NCBI GenBank assembly: GCA_028023455.1
Contig: JAQFVV010000002.1
Coordinates: 4,836,001 to 4,900,000 of the forward strand
DNA: 64,000 nucleotides
Source of the DNA: Epiperipatus broadwayi
Lineage: Eukaryota; Animalia; Onychophora
Reading direction: 5' to 3'
In this document: positions 25,341-38,839 of the stretch, piece by piece
Numbering within the stretch: the first letter of the stretch is position 1
Layout of the letters: the number at the start of each line of letters is the position of its first letter
Translations under genes and position numbers: made by a program
Notes under the pieces: generated by a model
The model's input: the letters and a program-made list of their open reading frames with translations, nothing else
Told to the model about the DNA's origin: nothing
The model's database searches: none

Positions 25341-28300
25341 ATCAATAATTAGTATAATTTGAATATTATAATAAACTTCAATACAGTTTGTAATTTATTA
25401 AAAAGTATTACTAAAATAGTCACTATATACAAAATAAGATAATAAAATAAGTTTATAATTCATATATATACTGTCAAAATTGTTACTTTTAGCATTTGTG
25501 TATTTTTGCTATTATTAAAATGCAGACAAGAGATTATAGAAAAATCTAAATCAGGACATTATATTTCTGAAATATGTTTATCTTTGTCTCATATAAATTA
25601 ATTCAAATACAAAACCCAAGCTCACATCATAGAAAAAAATGCAGATAATCACGATCTATTTTTTTTTAATATTAGTTTCAATAATAATTTTTTCATATAT
25701 TTTTTATCAAATATATATTAAAAAAATAATTAAAAAATATATAATAAATGAAAAACATAGAAAATAATAATTAAAAAATATAGAAAAATAAAAATATTTA
25801 CCACTAGGCCCCCCATAACATTGTCTTCAAAATACATCGGAATAAGTAAAACTTTTTACCAATGTATTTTTCATGCTGAAATGTTTTCCAGTATCTATCA
25901 AAAAAAAATAAGAGAAAGTCAAAAAAATTCAATCTACTTGATCACAAAAATTATCATAAAATTTTTATTTTTTATCATAGAAAAAGAAACTTTACCTTTC
26001 TGGAAAGTAGAGACAAAGATGGAAACAAGGATGTAAAAAGTACATTCATAGCCTGCATAGATTTCCATTAATCTTAACCTCAACCCAGATGTTTATAATT
26101 TGAACATCATTGCCCACATTATGTGGGCATAAACATGAAATGTGTACTAAAAAACAACTTTATTTTAGACAAAAATATTTTTCTTACTTTGTTACATTAA
26201 AATTTAGATTTTTATCAAAATCATAAATTAAAATATTTGTATCACAGAATATTTAACTTTAAATAATTTGTAGTACTCTAAAATTATCAAAAATTATTAT
26301 TACTTAATCAATTTTTGAGATTTACATATAAATGTGTAGACATTATATTGTGTGCCAAGAGACCAATTCATTTCTGTACATATATCTTATAATATTCATT
26401 ACTGTTAACTAGCTCACTTAGACTATGGTATATCTATTTACAATAATAATAATCAGATATATATGGATGAAAGATATAAAGTATGACTGCAAGACACAGA
26501 CAACAATGCAGTGTGGAGGCAACATATATTTTATTACATCCAAACCATAAATGTTTGCTACTTTCATAATGTTTAATTAAAATTTGGCCAAAAATAATAG
26601 TAATTAATATTATAGAAATACACACCAAATATATCTTTATATCTTATTATATGTTAAATCAATATCTGATAATGTATTAAATCTTCTATATATAATTAAA
26701 GTGCATTTTTTCAGATAGATGCATGTTCCATGTAAATGAGTATGACTGCAGTTGGGTACAACATAAATACTCTGTAGTACTTATATCACACCTTCTCTAC
26801 TCAGCATATTTCAGGGTTTTAATATATGTTGCATGTATGTAAGGCTATGTAAAAATTTTGGTTTATTTTTATATTTTTATTTAAAATATAAAAATAAATC
26901 CCCATATTTATTACCATACTTAATACAAATACAAAATCTCATTTACCACACATAAAAATAATTATCAATATTCATTCCCACAGCCCATTCACCCTGAAAC
27001 AAACATATATAATTGAAATAAGCATCACAATAGTGCAATTATACATCAGAACAGTTATATTTAAAGTCTCCAATTTTTTTTAATTTAAGAGATTTATTAT
27101 AACAACTAAGATTGAGGTAACATTAGTTTCATTACCAAGACGCATTGATTGAAATATCTTAAAGTAACATTTAGTTACCGTTCTCAAGGTCAAAGACAAC
27201 CCAAATATATCAATGAATAATGTCAGGAAACAAATAATATGTACGTATGTGCAACTATTTCCAATATAAGGTATACGAATAGCTTAGTCTGGGGGGAGTA
27301 CATGTGAGTGACTAACTTTATGAAAGGGTCCCATATCATAGATCTTTTGTCTCCATTACATTTGGATGAACATATAACATTTTTACTAATACAAATTCGA
27401 AAGTCCAAAACACAACGAACTTCACGACAGTTCTAGTAAGGGTAACTAATCATAGTCTTCAAAATCCCGATTTTTTAGGTACGAAATATTGTATAAACTT
27501 CTTAAGTAAATTATAAGTCTAACTAAAATAGTCTCAAACCGCGTTTTGGGATAATGTTTTGGCTAAATCCTTTCGAGCCCACAAAAAGTTCTTTTTTCAC
27601 TCTTTTCTAAGTGATTTTTCCAAAATCACTAACTACATTTACTAAGTTCTTATTTATTGTTTACCAGTAAATACCCACCTGACCCGTTTTCGGACTTCTT
27701 GACGCCAGTTATTACTAAACCGCCTACAGCAACTGATTTATTTCTATTTCTATCTTCATATGTTCAAAAGATTAATTAGCAAAAGAAAACACGTGTCACC
27801 ATATATATATAAATATTTAAAAATTAATAAATAAAATTAATAGTAGCCCAAATACATTTTTAAAATTAAGAGACAATTGGATTCTTTAAGTACTCTTTGA
27901 AGCAAAACTTTTATCTAATAAACATACCATTAACTTTAGTTTAAATGCATATATTATTAGAGCATAGTACTATCTACCTATTTTTAAATATACTGTGTAT
28001 GGAAAAAATTATTTTGACTAAATAATTATGTAATAATATACATTTGATTGGCCTGATAAACTTGAGAGCTAAAGGATCTTACATTAAAAAAAAACAAAAA
28101 CATATTAAACATATAAATAAATGCTTGTTTGTTTGTTTACAATAATTAATAGTTCTTTTTTTAGTAACATAAAAAGTTTTTTTTCCTTGCAGTAATTAAT
28201 CCAATGATGATGATAATTGTAGATAGATATAGTGATATGCAAATAATGTAGATCCTTGATGAAACTCTTGGTTTCATTATAAATTTGCTAAGGTTTATTT

Positions 28301-31300
28301 TATATGTCATAACAAAATATATTAAATAATGCAATTAATATTTGCATGGCAAATAATTAGTTATTTTCACAAAATAGTATGATCAATTAGAGCTCTAATT
28401 ACTATGTTTAAAATTGAAAAATTCACAAGATTGAATGTTAAAAAATTTGCTTTAAATTTTTAATTCACTTACAAATCTTTCTTAATTAGCTGTTGAGAAT
28501 TAATTTCATTATTAAATTTCAGTGAGAGATGATGAGTTTTAGATGGTAGTTTTCCCAGGTGTTATTGGTTTGAAAGGCAGAAAAAAGCAAACCTCTGGCA
28601 TGAATATTAAATTTATCCCAACATCTTTTTGTTTAATCGAATACAAATTAAATATATGAATGAATAAAGCATGAAGGACCATTAACCATAAATTTGAACA
28701 AATTTATATTCTGAAGCTGTAAATATGGTTCTACATATTTGTGCTTCACCTGTTGCTAATTATATAACAATTAACATGAGTTTGAACCTAACTTATATGT
28801 AATTAGCACCAGTATCTAGCAATAAGTGATAGCATATATATATATACGAATTTAAACTGATCTTTACTAAATTTAAATATTTTATGAAAAATTAATTATG
28901 AAAAAAACATTTATTTTTCTTTTATAAATTATCAAGAAATTTTAAGTTCTTTTACATATTTAATTTGTATATGTATATAGGAAAGATAAATAATCTTATA
29001 TATTGTAAATAATTTTTTTTTATAATTTATATAAAATAAAATCGACAGTTATCAGTCACAATGCAATCAGTAGATCTTAAGATTTTGGTGAGTCATTGTA
29101 TCATTCTAAAAAAATGTATAAAATGTTATAAATACCAAAGATTCTTTAATTACATTTTACTTTGCTAATTGATCAGTCTATCCATATCATATATGGAGAT
29201 GTAGGTCAATTTAGGACATAACCAGTTATACTGAGTTTGAAACAATGGCTGGATAAAATTTGATCAGATTAAAATCTAAACAAAGATGTAATGGGAACAA
29301 AAGATTATGTCCTGTTTCTAGATATGTGCAAGATAATAAAATATCTTGCCTCAAGGCAGCATTCTTTAAATAATAGCATTAAGTATAAATAGCTAAATTT
29401 TTGGCTATCTAAGATACTTGTTCTAAGTCTTATCTTGGAGTGTGATCATACTTCACATCTGTTTATTTGTGAAATAAGTAATGTTGGGGTAAAAGAAGTG
29501 ACCGTTTGCTTTCCCATACCTCTGGGAATCTCATCTCCCATTCACTATGCCAAAGCTTGAAATAACTGGACCAAATATGTGTATTGTTCAAAAAAGACAT
29601 TGATCCGAAAGTGAACTTTAAATCTCTACCGATGCCTGTTTCCAGCCCAAAGCAATTTGCAATAATAATCCACCAATCACCTGCATTGTATCATCAAGTT
29701 GGCAAAGGTAACAAAACATCTACATTGCCATAAACTAATGAACTCTTAATCTAATTCTTTTTATTTAAAACTATATTGTTAGCCTTTTCTTTTATTTTAA
29801 TTCTTAAAATATCTTTTGTAAAATGTTAAATAATGTCTATACAATTTATTATAATACTATATTAAGTTCTTAAATATTGGTGCAGCAACATAGATGAAAT
29901 CTTATTTTCTTTTAATTTATTATTTTGATTTATTTTAATATGCCAAGTCAGTGTCCAACCCAGTGAGTAAGATTAAACTTCACTGCCCATAGTTTCTCTT
30001 GTTAAACAATTAGACACATAAATTTTCTTTAAGGTTAATTATTATAAAATCACTTGGTGTTATAGATTATTTTATATAATGGGTTTAGTTTTAAATGGCA
30101 AGTAATACTTTAATGCCTGTACTTCGCTGTTCTCATTAATTATCAGTTTATTTAATTAAATCTCACCAGAAGTAAATTTAATATTTAATATATCATCTAC
30201 CTATGTGTGATCTATGATTTTATTTTGTAAATTAATATTAATTTACACATGCATTGATCACTTATAGAAATGTAAGGAGATATTTTATGAGTGTTGGAGA
30301 AAGCAATTTATTCCCTTTTAGTTTAAGACCCTGACTAATTGTACATTTTATTAGTCATTAGTTAATTGCCTGGGGATGGTTTGTGTTTAGGCATTCCATT
30401 TCACTGGAGAGTATATTATTTTAATCAGGGGTTAATTAATTTATCGTGGTTGTTAGTGACACGATCTATCTATGCTATAGACATTATAAATGTATCATTA
30501 CAATCATTTAATTTATTAATTTTCTTGCTTTGCCATACACCTTGGGATCTTCAGAATGCTGACACCTACTCCTCATTATTCCCTCAAAGTAGATGCTGTT
30601 CCTACTGGGATTAATTCCAGGCACTTCTAATGTATAAGTGTATGGAAAATATGGATAAACCATCCCAACATGCTAGCTTGTGCCACTATTCTTTAGAGAT
30701 ATGTTATCGGCTGTTGCGCAGATATATTCTCACTTTTATGCCACTATTCTTCAGAGATAGAACCTTGGACATCATGCAGGCATACTCTTTTATGCAAATA
30801 TGACAAAGCCACCCAAGAGCATCTTAAGTGACTATAGTCCTGTATGTGATTGCAAATTGTAATAATTGCACATTGTTTGACACCAATTCTATTTAATTCT
30901 TTAGGTCAAATTACGTAATTATAGCTTCTTTTAGGCTGAACCATCTTACTCCCACACATTTGAGTGATCTTCTAAAACTAGGAGTCATGTGACCATGCAC
31001 GCTCTTAAAACCACACATCATAAACTCTTATTTATATGTATAATGTTATAATAAAATCAATTAGTGTGAATTTGTAATATTTTAAATGAGGATTAAGCTA
31101 CAATGTATTATTGATTATCAAATGAATTTATTCTATAACCTTGGCATATTAACTACCAACCAGTTTTATATTTATATATTAATCGCACAAATCAAGTTTA
31201 TGTATTAACCGCATTGTAATGTATAAATCAAATAAATATGTATGTTCATTTGTTTAATTTGTAATAATATTGTATAGACATACAGATATATTTTGTTCCA

Positions 31301-32945
31301 CTTACAATCATTAAACTACTATTTAATCATTTAATAAATGTATATTATATCATTTCTCTGTATTATAATATTTGTCATTCATTGCCCAAATCTCTAGTCT
31401 TAATTATTTGATTAAGTTATATTGTTCCCTAATTTAATGAACATTTTTTTGTCTTATTAATTGAATCCCTTCTATTCAATGTTGCCTTGGATATTATTAC
31501 AGCTCTGAATATTAATTAATATTAAGCAATAGTCTGCACCATGTTATATTCCATAGAAATTATTAATTAATAATTTAAATGCATTACTGATTTTCAAGAC
31601 TTTATGCTCACCCTGTTCTCATTGCTGGAACGGAGTCAATGGAGAACTTGTTGTATCCTCAAAAGCGTTGCTCATATAGCCATAGACTCTGGAGCACAGG
31701 CAAATGGGTTAGTGTTTAGTATTGTTCATGACTTATGTATCTTGAACATGCTACATTGATGGACTTTTGCTTGGATTCTAGATCTTGTTGAATGAACACA
31801 TGATTTAACAAAAACCTATAGCAAACTTCAAATAAAATTTTTAAATAACTTTTGAACCTGTTTTTGTGTTCTAAAATGTTTTGAAATTATTTTCCAGATG
31901 CTATTAGTATATATTATAAATAAATTTTACATAATATTTATTTAAAAAATTAAATATATATGTATGTAAAAAATTTCAAAGACAAATTGTATTACCTCAT
32001 ATATAATTAACAACATAATGCATAGGAAATAACACTTTTTTCTTTCCTCTTTTCATTATCAAATACTATTGTTCTTTTAAACACAATTTAGTTAAAAATA
32101 AAGTTAAACTTTTGAAAGGAAAAAAAGAAAGTGAGAATACAAGCACATCATTTTTGTTATTACTATTGAATTCATTGTACTTAAATTTCAATTTAAATAT
32201 ATGTGCTGATATTTAAATAATATATTCACTTACATGCTCTCTCTTATACATGTGTAAATATATTTTTAAATATACATGCATAGTAAAATATTGATATGTT
32301 CTTTAAAATAAATTGAATATGTTAAGATAAAAATATAACTCTTCATATGGATATGTATAATTCATAAGTCATTTCAAATATCATGTATTTAAAGTAAGAA
32401 TTTGTATATAATAATCTTTAACTAATAAGCTAACATTTTTTTATGTTTATATTAAAACAGACTGCCAACCTATGCTTACATCACACACGCATATATATAT
32501 ATTACAATGTAATGAGAAAAAATAATTTTTTAGTTATGTAAATTCAATGCATTTCTTTAAATTTTGTTTTAATCCAACAGTATTGCTATATATAACAGCA
32601 ATCTTCAAATTCAATGTATATTTCTTTTAAAATAGTTTGTTTTGTTTACATGCATAGTCTTGCTTTAATAAAAAATAATTGTTTTTAATGAAAGGTTAAT
32701 ATTATTTGATGTTATAAGAACTATTTTATAAATGATTGGTGATTGTAATCAAAAAATTCTGATGTTTTTAAATTAGAAATGTAAAAACATCAGATTATAT
32801 GTATTACACATACACACTTTTATTAAAAAATATATAACATAGATGTCACTGTGTATGCAATGTAGATCGTAATTATAAATTAGTTAAAGCACATTGAAAA
32901 AGACAAAAATTAATATTTGCGAAAAGAGCTTTTTTCCCTTTTATC

Positions 32946-33025
32946 CACCCCCCCCCCTTTTACATCCTTCTTTTTTCTCTTCTCTTCACTTTCCCCCCCC
33001 CCCCTCCTCCCCCAACCCCTCCCCT
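32946..33025 (-). other. G-run cluster on the minus strand with G-quadruplex potential
   Basis: The plus strand has more than four C runs of 4 or more (for example CCCCCCCCCCC TCCT CCCCC AA CCCC T CCCC). Confidence 0.6.
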
Positions 33026-33744
33026 ATTATTTTACTCCCAATACCACCTCGGGTCCGAGTATATGATAATTATTATTATATATATTATTGCTATTATATT
33101 ATATCGTTGATTTATTTAAATATATATAAAAGCAGCATAATAGCTTAAACTTCTTTCCATTTTTGATGATCGTCTAATAACACTTTTACTAGTATATAAT
33201 ACAATTGTCATCATACATATTAAGAAAACATTCAGTGAAAAAAATCTTTACATTTGAAAGAACTTGCTATAGAAAGTTGTTAAAAATTAGGTGATGACAA
33301 GAAATGTATAATGAAAGATTGTATTATAAGAAAATTGGAGTAAAATTTTGTTGGAAAAAAAAGTTATAGTCAGATAATTACAATTGTTAGCCAGACGTAT
33401 ATAATGAAGATTTAAAAAACTATTAATCTAATTTTTGCTATTTTGCAAAGCCAAGATTCATAAAATATGATCATTTGACATCAAAAAGTAATGAAAAATT
33501 AATTTTGATTTACTCAGTAGCTTTGAAACAAATAGATAAAACTGAGGAGAATTAATAAAGATTGTACTATTACATTTACAGTCACTGATACAATGGTTTC
33601 TGATGTTGCTGATGATAAATCAAAAAAAAATAATTGACGATTTTATGAATTATTATATCTTTGCTTATTACAGGGCAGTGATGTAATCACAACAGTAGAA
33701 TTGAAATGAAAGTACAACAATATTTTTTTATATCCATAAACTAC

Positions 33745-35109
33745 AAATTCATGGTTTTAAGCCAATAAACATCACATGACCACCACTTCTTATGCTTGTG
33801 TATAACTGTTGTTAAAATAGGCAAAACTCACTATACATATTGCCACACACAGCAAGCTACAGTAATCAATGGATGCCAGAAGGCTTGTGCATAAAATCCA
33901 CATCGAGTGCCTACTCATCCAATATCCCCAGACTAGTTTCTGGCTTGTGGCCTTCGTCAGTGAGGAGCCTTAGATTCAAGAGCACTGCACCTAGATCTTA
34001 GGATCTAATGCAACCCTCCAGCAACCACCTTTTATCTCCACTTAACTACAAAACTATGAGTCTTAAACTGAAAACACCTTAATGTTTTCAATCCAAGCCC
34101 ATTAGCTCATATAGTCATATGGGTCTGAACTCAGTTCAGTACCTATACACTTTGGTGTCTTTGGTTCTTTAATAACCGTAGCCACCACTATCCTATTAGG
34201 CAGGATTTGTTTTAAGCCAATAAACATCACATGACCACCACTTATGCTTGTGTATAACTGTTGTTAAAACAGGCAAAACTCACTATACGTATTGCCACAC
34301 ACAGCAAGTTAGAATAATCAATGGATGCCAGAAGGCTTGTGCAAAAAATCCCCATCTAGTGCCTACTCATCCAATATCCCCAGACTAGTTTCTGGCTTGT
34401 GGCCTTTGTCAATGAGGAGCCTTGGATCTGAGAGCACTGCACTTAGATCTTAGGTTCTAATGCAACCCTCCAGCAACCAGAAACTAGTCTGGCCACAAGT
34501 GATAAACTAGTCTGGGGATATTAGATGAGTAGGCACTAAATGAGTATTTTATACACAAGCCTTCTGACATTCATTGATTACTCTAGCATGCTGTGTCAAT
34601 ACGTGTAGTGAGTTTTGCCTGTTTTAACAACAGTTATACACAAGCATAAGAAGTGGTGGTCATGTGATGTTTATTGGCTTAAAACCAATTCTGCCTAATA
34701 GATAGTGGTGGCTATGGTTATTAAAGAACCAAAATATACCAAAATGTATGGGTACTGAACTGAGTTCAGACCCATATGACTATATAAGCTAATGGCCTTG
34801 GATTGAAAACATTAAGGTGTTTTCAGTTTAAGACTCATAGTTTTGTAGTTAAGTGGAGATAAAAGGTGGTTGCTGTAGGGTTACATTAGATCCTAAGATC
34901 ATTAGATTCTAAGATCTATGTGCAGTGCTCTCATATCCAAGGCTCCTTATTGATGAAGGCCACAAGCCAGAAACTAGTCTGGGGATATTGGATGAGTAGG
35001 CACTAGATGGGGATTTTATGCACAAGCCTTCTGGCATCCATTGATTACTCTAGCTTGCTGTGTGTGGCAATACATATAGTGAGTTTTGCCTGTTTTAAAT
35101 TCATGGTTT
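33745..35109. mobile_element. Non-autonomous PLE/retrozyme-like fold-back insertion made of 455 bp HHR monomers, with a 13 bp target duplication
   Basis: Head-to-tail period of 455 bp (33755 versus 34210). 34504-35096 is the reverse complement of the left part. AAATTCATGGTTT at 33745-33757 and 35097-35109. Three HHR copies and no long ORF. Confidence 0.9.
33925..33966 (-). ncRNA. Minimal type I hammerhead ribozyme with intact core
   Basis: TCCTCA-CTGACGA-A-GGC-CACAA-GCC-A-GAAAC-TA-GTC|TGGGGA: 6 bp helix I, 3 bp helix II, palindromic helix III (ACTAGT) and a GUC cleavage site. Sister copies at 34376-34417 (TTGACAA) and 34944-34985 (TTGATGA) have core changes. Confidence 0.8.
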
Positions 35110-35811
35110 CTGTTATCTGAGATTAAAAAATAGAAATTAATAAAAAATGATTTTAATTTTCTACAGTTTAATATTTCAGCTTATATAATACACTCACATT
35201 TATGTGTAGTACATGTTTTCAATTTGTATATACAATATATATTGTAATAGTTTATTATACTCCCTATACCATATATATGTTGAACTCCATCAATTTGATA
35301 GAGCAAACTGGAAACTCTTAATTTCTTAATTAGAGGGTAACCTAAATAGGGCATTGTTTAAAAATACTATTGCATAAAACTTTATTCAATTTAGTAAGCT
35401 CTTATTTACATACAAGCCTAAATATAGCAGGTCTAACTCAGAGCCTTGAGTTCTTCATCAGAAGGTCTCGTCCATAAATAGACACCTAACAGTAAAATTG
35501 TCCTGAATCTATAATACGCTGACAAAATTACAATAATGGAACTAAAGTTAAATGATCAAATGGTGTTATTAAACCAAGATTACATCATTTACTTATATTC
35601 ATCAATACTACTATTACTTTTTCCTATTACATGACTCCAAAATATTAGTATTGATTATTTAAATCAATTGTTAAAAGCTTGAATAACTATATAATTCCTA
35701 TTAGTACACACATACATACATATGCATATATATATATATCAAAACTACCCCAAATCCAAAATTAAACCAGACCAGTTTAGCTTTATGCTTGTAATGTTTA
35801 TATATATATAT

Positions 35812-36954
35812 TGTGCCGGTCGGATTTGTATGTTCATGTAACAAGATCTAGCATCTAGGCAAAAGTACCTCGAATCCAATCGTGTGCAAGATACATAGGT
35901 CAGGAACACTCATGAACTCTGCCCTATTTGTCTATTTCCCAGATCTATAACATTATAAATGACAATCCCAATGACATCGACTTAATTTACTTCTCACTGC
36001 CGGCATCGGTCATCGGAGACACAAAAAGACTCTAGGCTAAACTTATATGATAGAATAACTTAATAACTAGCTATATTTTATGAGAAATGAAGGCTCGTGA
36101 CCTAGCATATTAATTATGTATTGAGCAGAGATCATCTAGTCATATTGAACATAAGTAATAACTTAATATATAAACTTAACTAAAAGAAAGCAATGGTTCG
36201 AGTTTGATATATATATTTAAGATTTATATTATGTCGGATTATTTAGCCGACATTAGCCTCATGAGTATTATAGATATATATGTGTTTGATTCATATTTAA
36301 TGATAACATAAGATTTGCAGCTATGCCAATAATATATATGTATGATTAAATGAATTAGCGCTATTGGAATACATTACTAGAATACTATTACACCCCCAGA
36401 GACAAAAAGAGCATTTACTTAATTTAAAAAGATAATAATTTTACAAGCAGGTATTACATTTGGTTACATTTAATATTATTATTAATTGGAGTTATAGATA
36501 ATTAATGTGCAGGGTGGGTAATGAATAATTATATAAACGATACTAAATCTATCGCATTAATACGTATATTAAACTAATAGAAATATACCTGTTTAAAGAA
36601 ATCATCTCATTACGGTTTATGACTATTTTTGGGCAACTAATAAGACACTGAAAGGCGGTGTGTGCATGGTGGCTGATTTGGTTGGTCCAATTATGGATCC
36701 TGGAGTGTGCTTCATGAATTTTAAGAATGAAGTTGACCGATTTCCTCTGCAACATAGGCAGGGTCGGTATTGAGATGAATGACGGTTGGCTATGTCATTA
36801 TCGGGCTGTATTTTCCAGAGCGATCCCCGTATAAAGCATGCACATAAGACCAAGGATGTTCCCAGAGTGGTTTTACAGCCTGATTTAAGGACATAGAGAA
36901 CGACGATGGGGCTCGACTGCGAGAATACCTCTATGTGAGAAAGATGCACGAACA
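35812..36954. mobile_element. Probable solo LTR inserted in a (TA)n tract
   Basis: 1143 bp block starting TGT and ending ACA, flanked on both sides by TATAT runs, with clearly higher GC and CpG content than the flanks. Confidence 0.5.
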
Positions 36955-38839
36955 TATATATATATACGAAATGGCCTTTATGCATGTAACACTTAATAAT
37001 ATAATATAACTCTAAAGATTATCTAACACATTTATTGCCCACAAATTATGAAATATTTGGTGTAATGATATGGCTTCATTAAGCAAACATGGGTAATAAT
37101 TATACTTAAATATAAAACTAAGCTCTTAAGATCCCCCTCCCCCTTACATTATGTTACTTAATATTATTCATTACTTCTCACACATTTAATAAATCTCAAT
37201 TTTGGTTAATCAATGCCCTTGTGAAAATATATAAATTATTACAAAATAAGTGGGTGGTGGTAATAGCTAAGATGGGTTATACATATATCCTATAATTTAA
37301 GAATAAAAGATAACGCATTATTTAGGAAGGAAAGTGTGAAAAACAGATGTCAATCTGCTTTTCTACAGTAAACATAAAAATATAATTAGTCTATTTATCT
37401 AAAATCGTGAGCACCTGGGCAAGTCGAATAAGACTTGTTTTGATCAAATTATAAGTTATTTACCCTGTAAATGATGGGTGGGGAAATGAAAATGAATTAT
37501 ATGCTTGCGATTTTAGAATATTATTGGCATAAATACATAAATGTAAATGAAAATTATTTGCCACTTGGAATTAAAAGAAAAGGAAAAACATTTTATAGGA
37601 GGCTTAATATAGATTAGTTATATAGAGTTATACGAATACATATTTTTAAGACATTTAAAATAGGTGATTAAAATATAAATATTACAGAGAAGGCAGGATT
37701 TAAGAATTGCAAGCAGTCAAAGTTGTTTTACCTTGCTTATTTAGAAGAGCGATTTCACTAGGAGTCAGTCCATCAGTATTGTTTCACTAGATCTAGGGTA
37801 GCATTATTATTTGAGAATTAGCATTTCATTTTCACTGGAAAATATCTAAAGTTCATTAGTATGGGATGCAGAGCTTCATTCATGGGAACAGCATATTAGA
37901 ACGGAGGGAAAAGGCGAAATTTCCCCTACTCATGACACCTTGAGTGAGAATCAAAACTGGTGTGGAATATGTATAGCGACATAGTTATTTAATGGTCTCC
38001 TCCTCCTTTGTGGATTTAAATCCAGCAGTATATATACTTTTATTTTGAAGCTGTAACTTAGCAACTACTGCTGGACCTGAGGCGTTTTAAGCACTTAAGT
38101 TTCATCTGGAATAGTTTGACCGGATACTCTTATCTAGTAAAATGTTTGAAACAATGCAAGTTTGTTATCAGTTTCTCGAATGATTGTTTTAAAATAAATC
38201 TTATGATTTTAAAACAAGCTAGCGTGGACAATTTCCACTAATGGGTTTATTTTATTATTACCAAAATCGTAATCTTTTACTTTAATCTAAGGGGTCTTCC
38301 AGGTAATTGTTTTTTGAGAGACTTTTTAACAAGATTGCATCACTTCTGGCTACAAAATTATATATGAAAAAGTAATACATTTTATATATGATACCCTATA
38401 TATAATATAACTTAATTAATTTATTCACAATCTCCTACACTGAAATATATAGATATTTATTATTTACGCCCGTATACACATGAGAATATTATTATGAAAT
38501 AAAATATTTTTAAATTAAAATACATACGTGTTTACATTATTTATGTTATAATATTAACCAAAAGAAATATATATATTATTAGCTATGTATATATGTGCGT
38601 AAAGGTGGGTTTGAATACAGTTAGGTGGTAGGAGATTGGATGTGGGCTGTGAAGCAGGATCTGAGCATCAGATCATCTGCTTCAATATATATATATATAG
38701 TTTAACACTTAAGATTCACCTTTAAGAGATTATTTATTTTAATTTAATCAGCAGAAATTTTCAAAATTTTAAATTATCCTATTTTAAATATGATCTATTT
38801 AGCAGATGAAATTTGTTTCTTTTTTTTTTTTAAACAAAC

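Noticed and set aside
29200-29720. Apparent minus-strand exon GDWWIIIANCFGLETG...WHSEWEMRFPE
   Set aside because: Neighbouring frames give GMGK..NG.LLL and QHYLF.TN, which resemble a decayed RTE endonuclease, so neither reading is secure.
31599-31710. GC-richer segment with splice sites on both strands
   Set aside because: Several frames are open and none is recognisable.
35420-35470. Minus-strand CTGATGA followed by an AACTC/GAGTT stem
   Set aside because: No GAAA and no helix I; it lies within a probable CR1/L2-like relic.
36623-36985. 120 aa minus-strand ORF
   Set aside because: No domain similarity; it crosses the boundary of the putative LTR.
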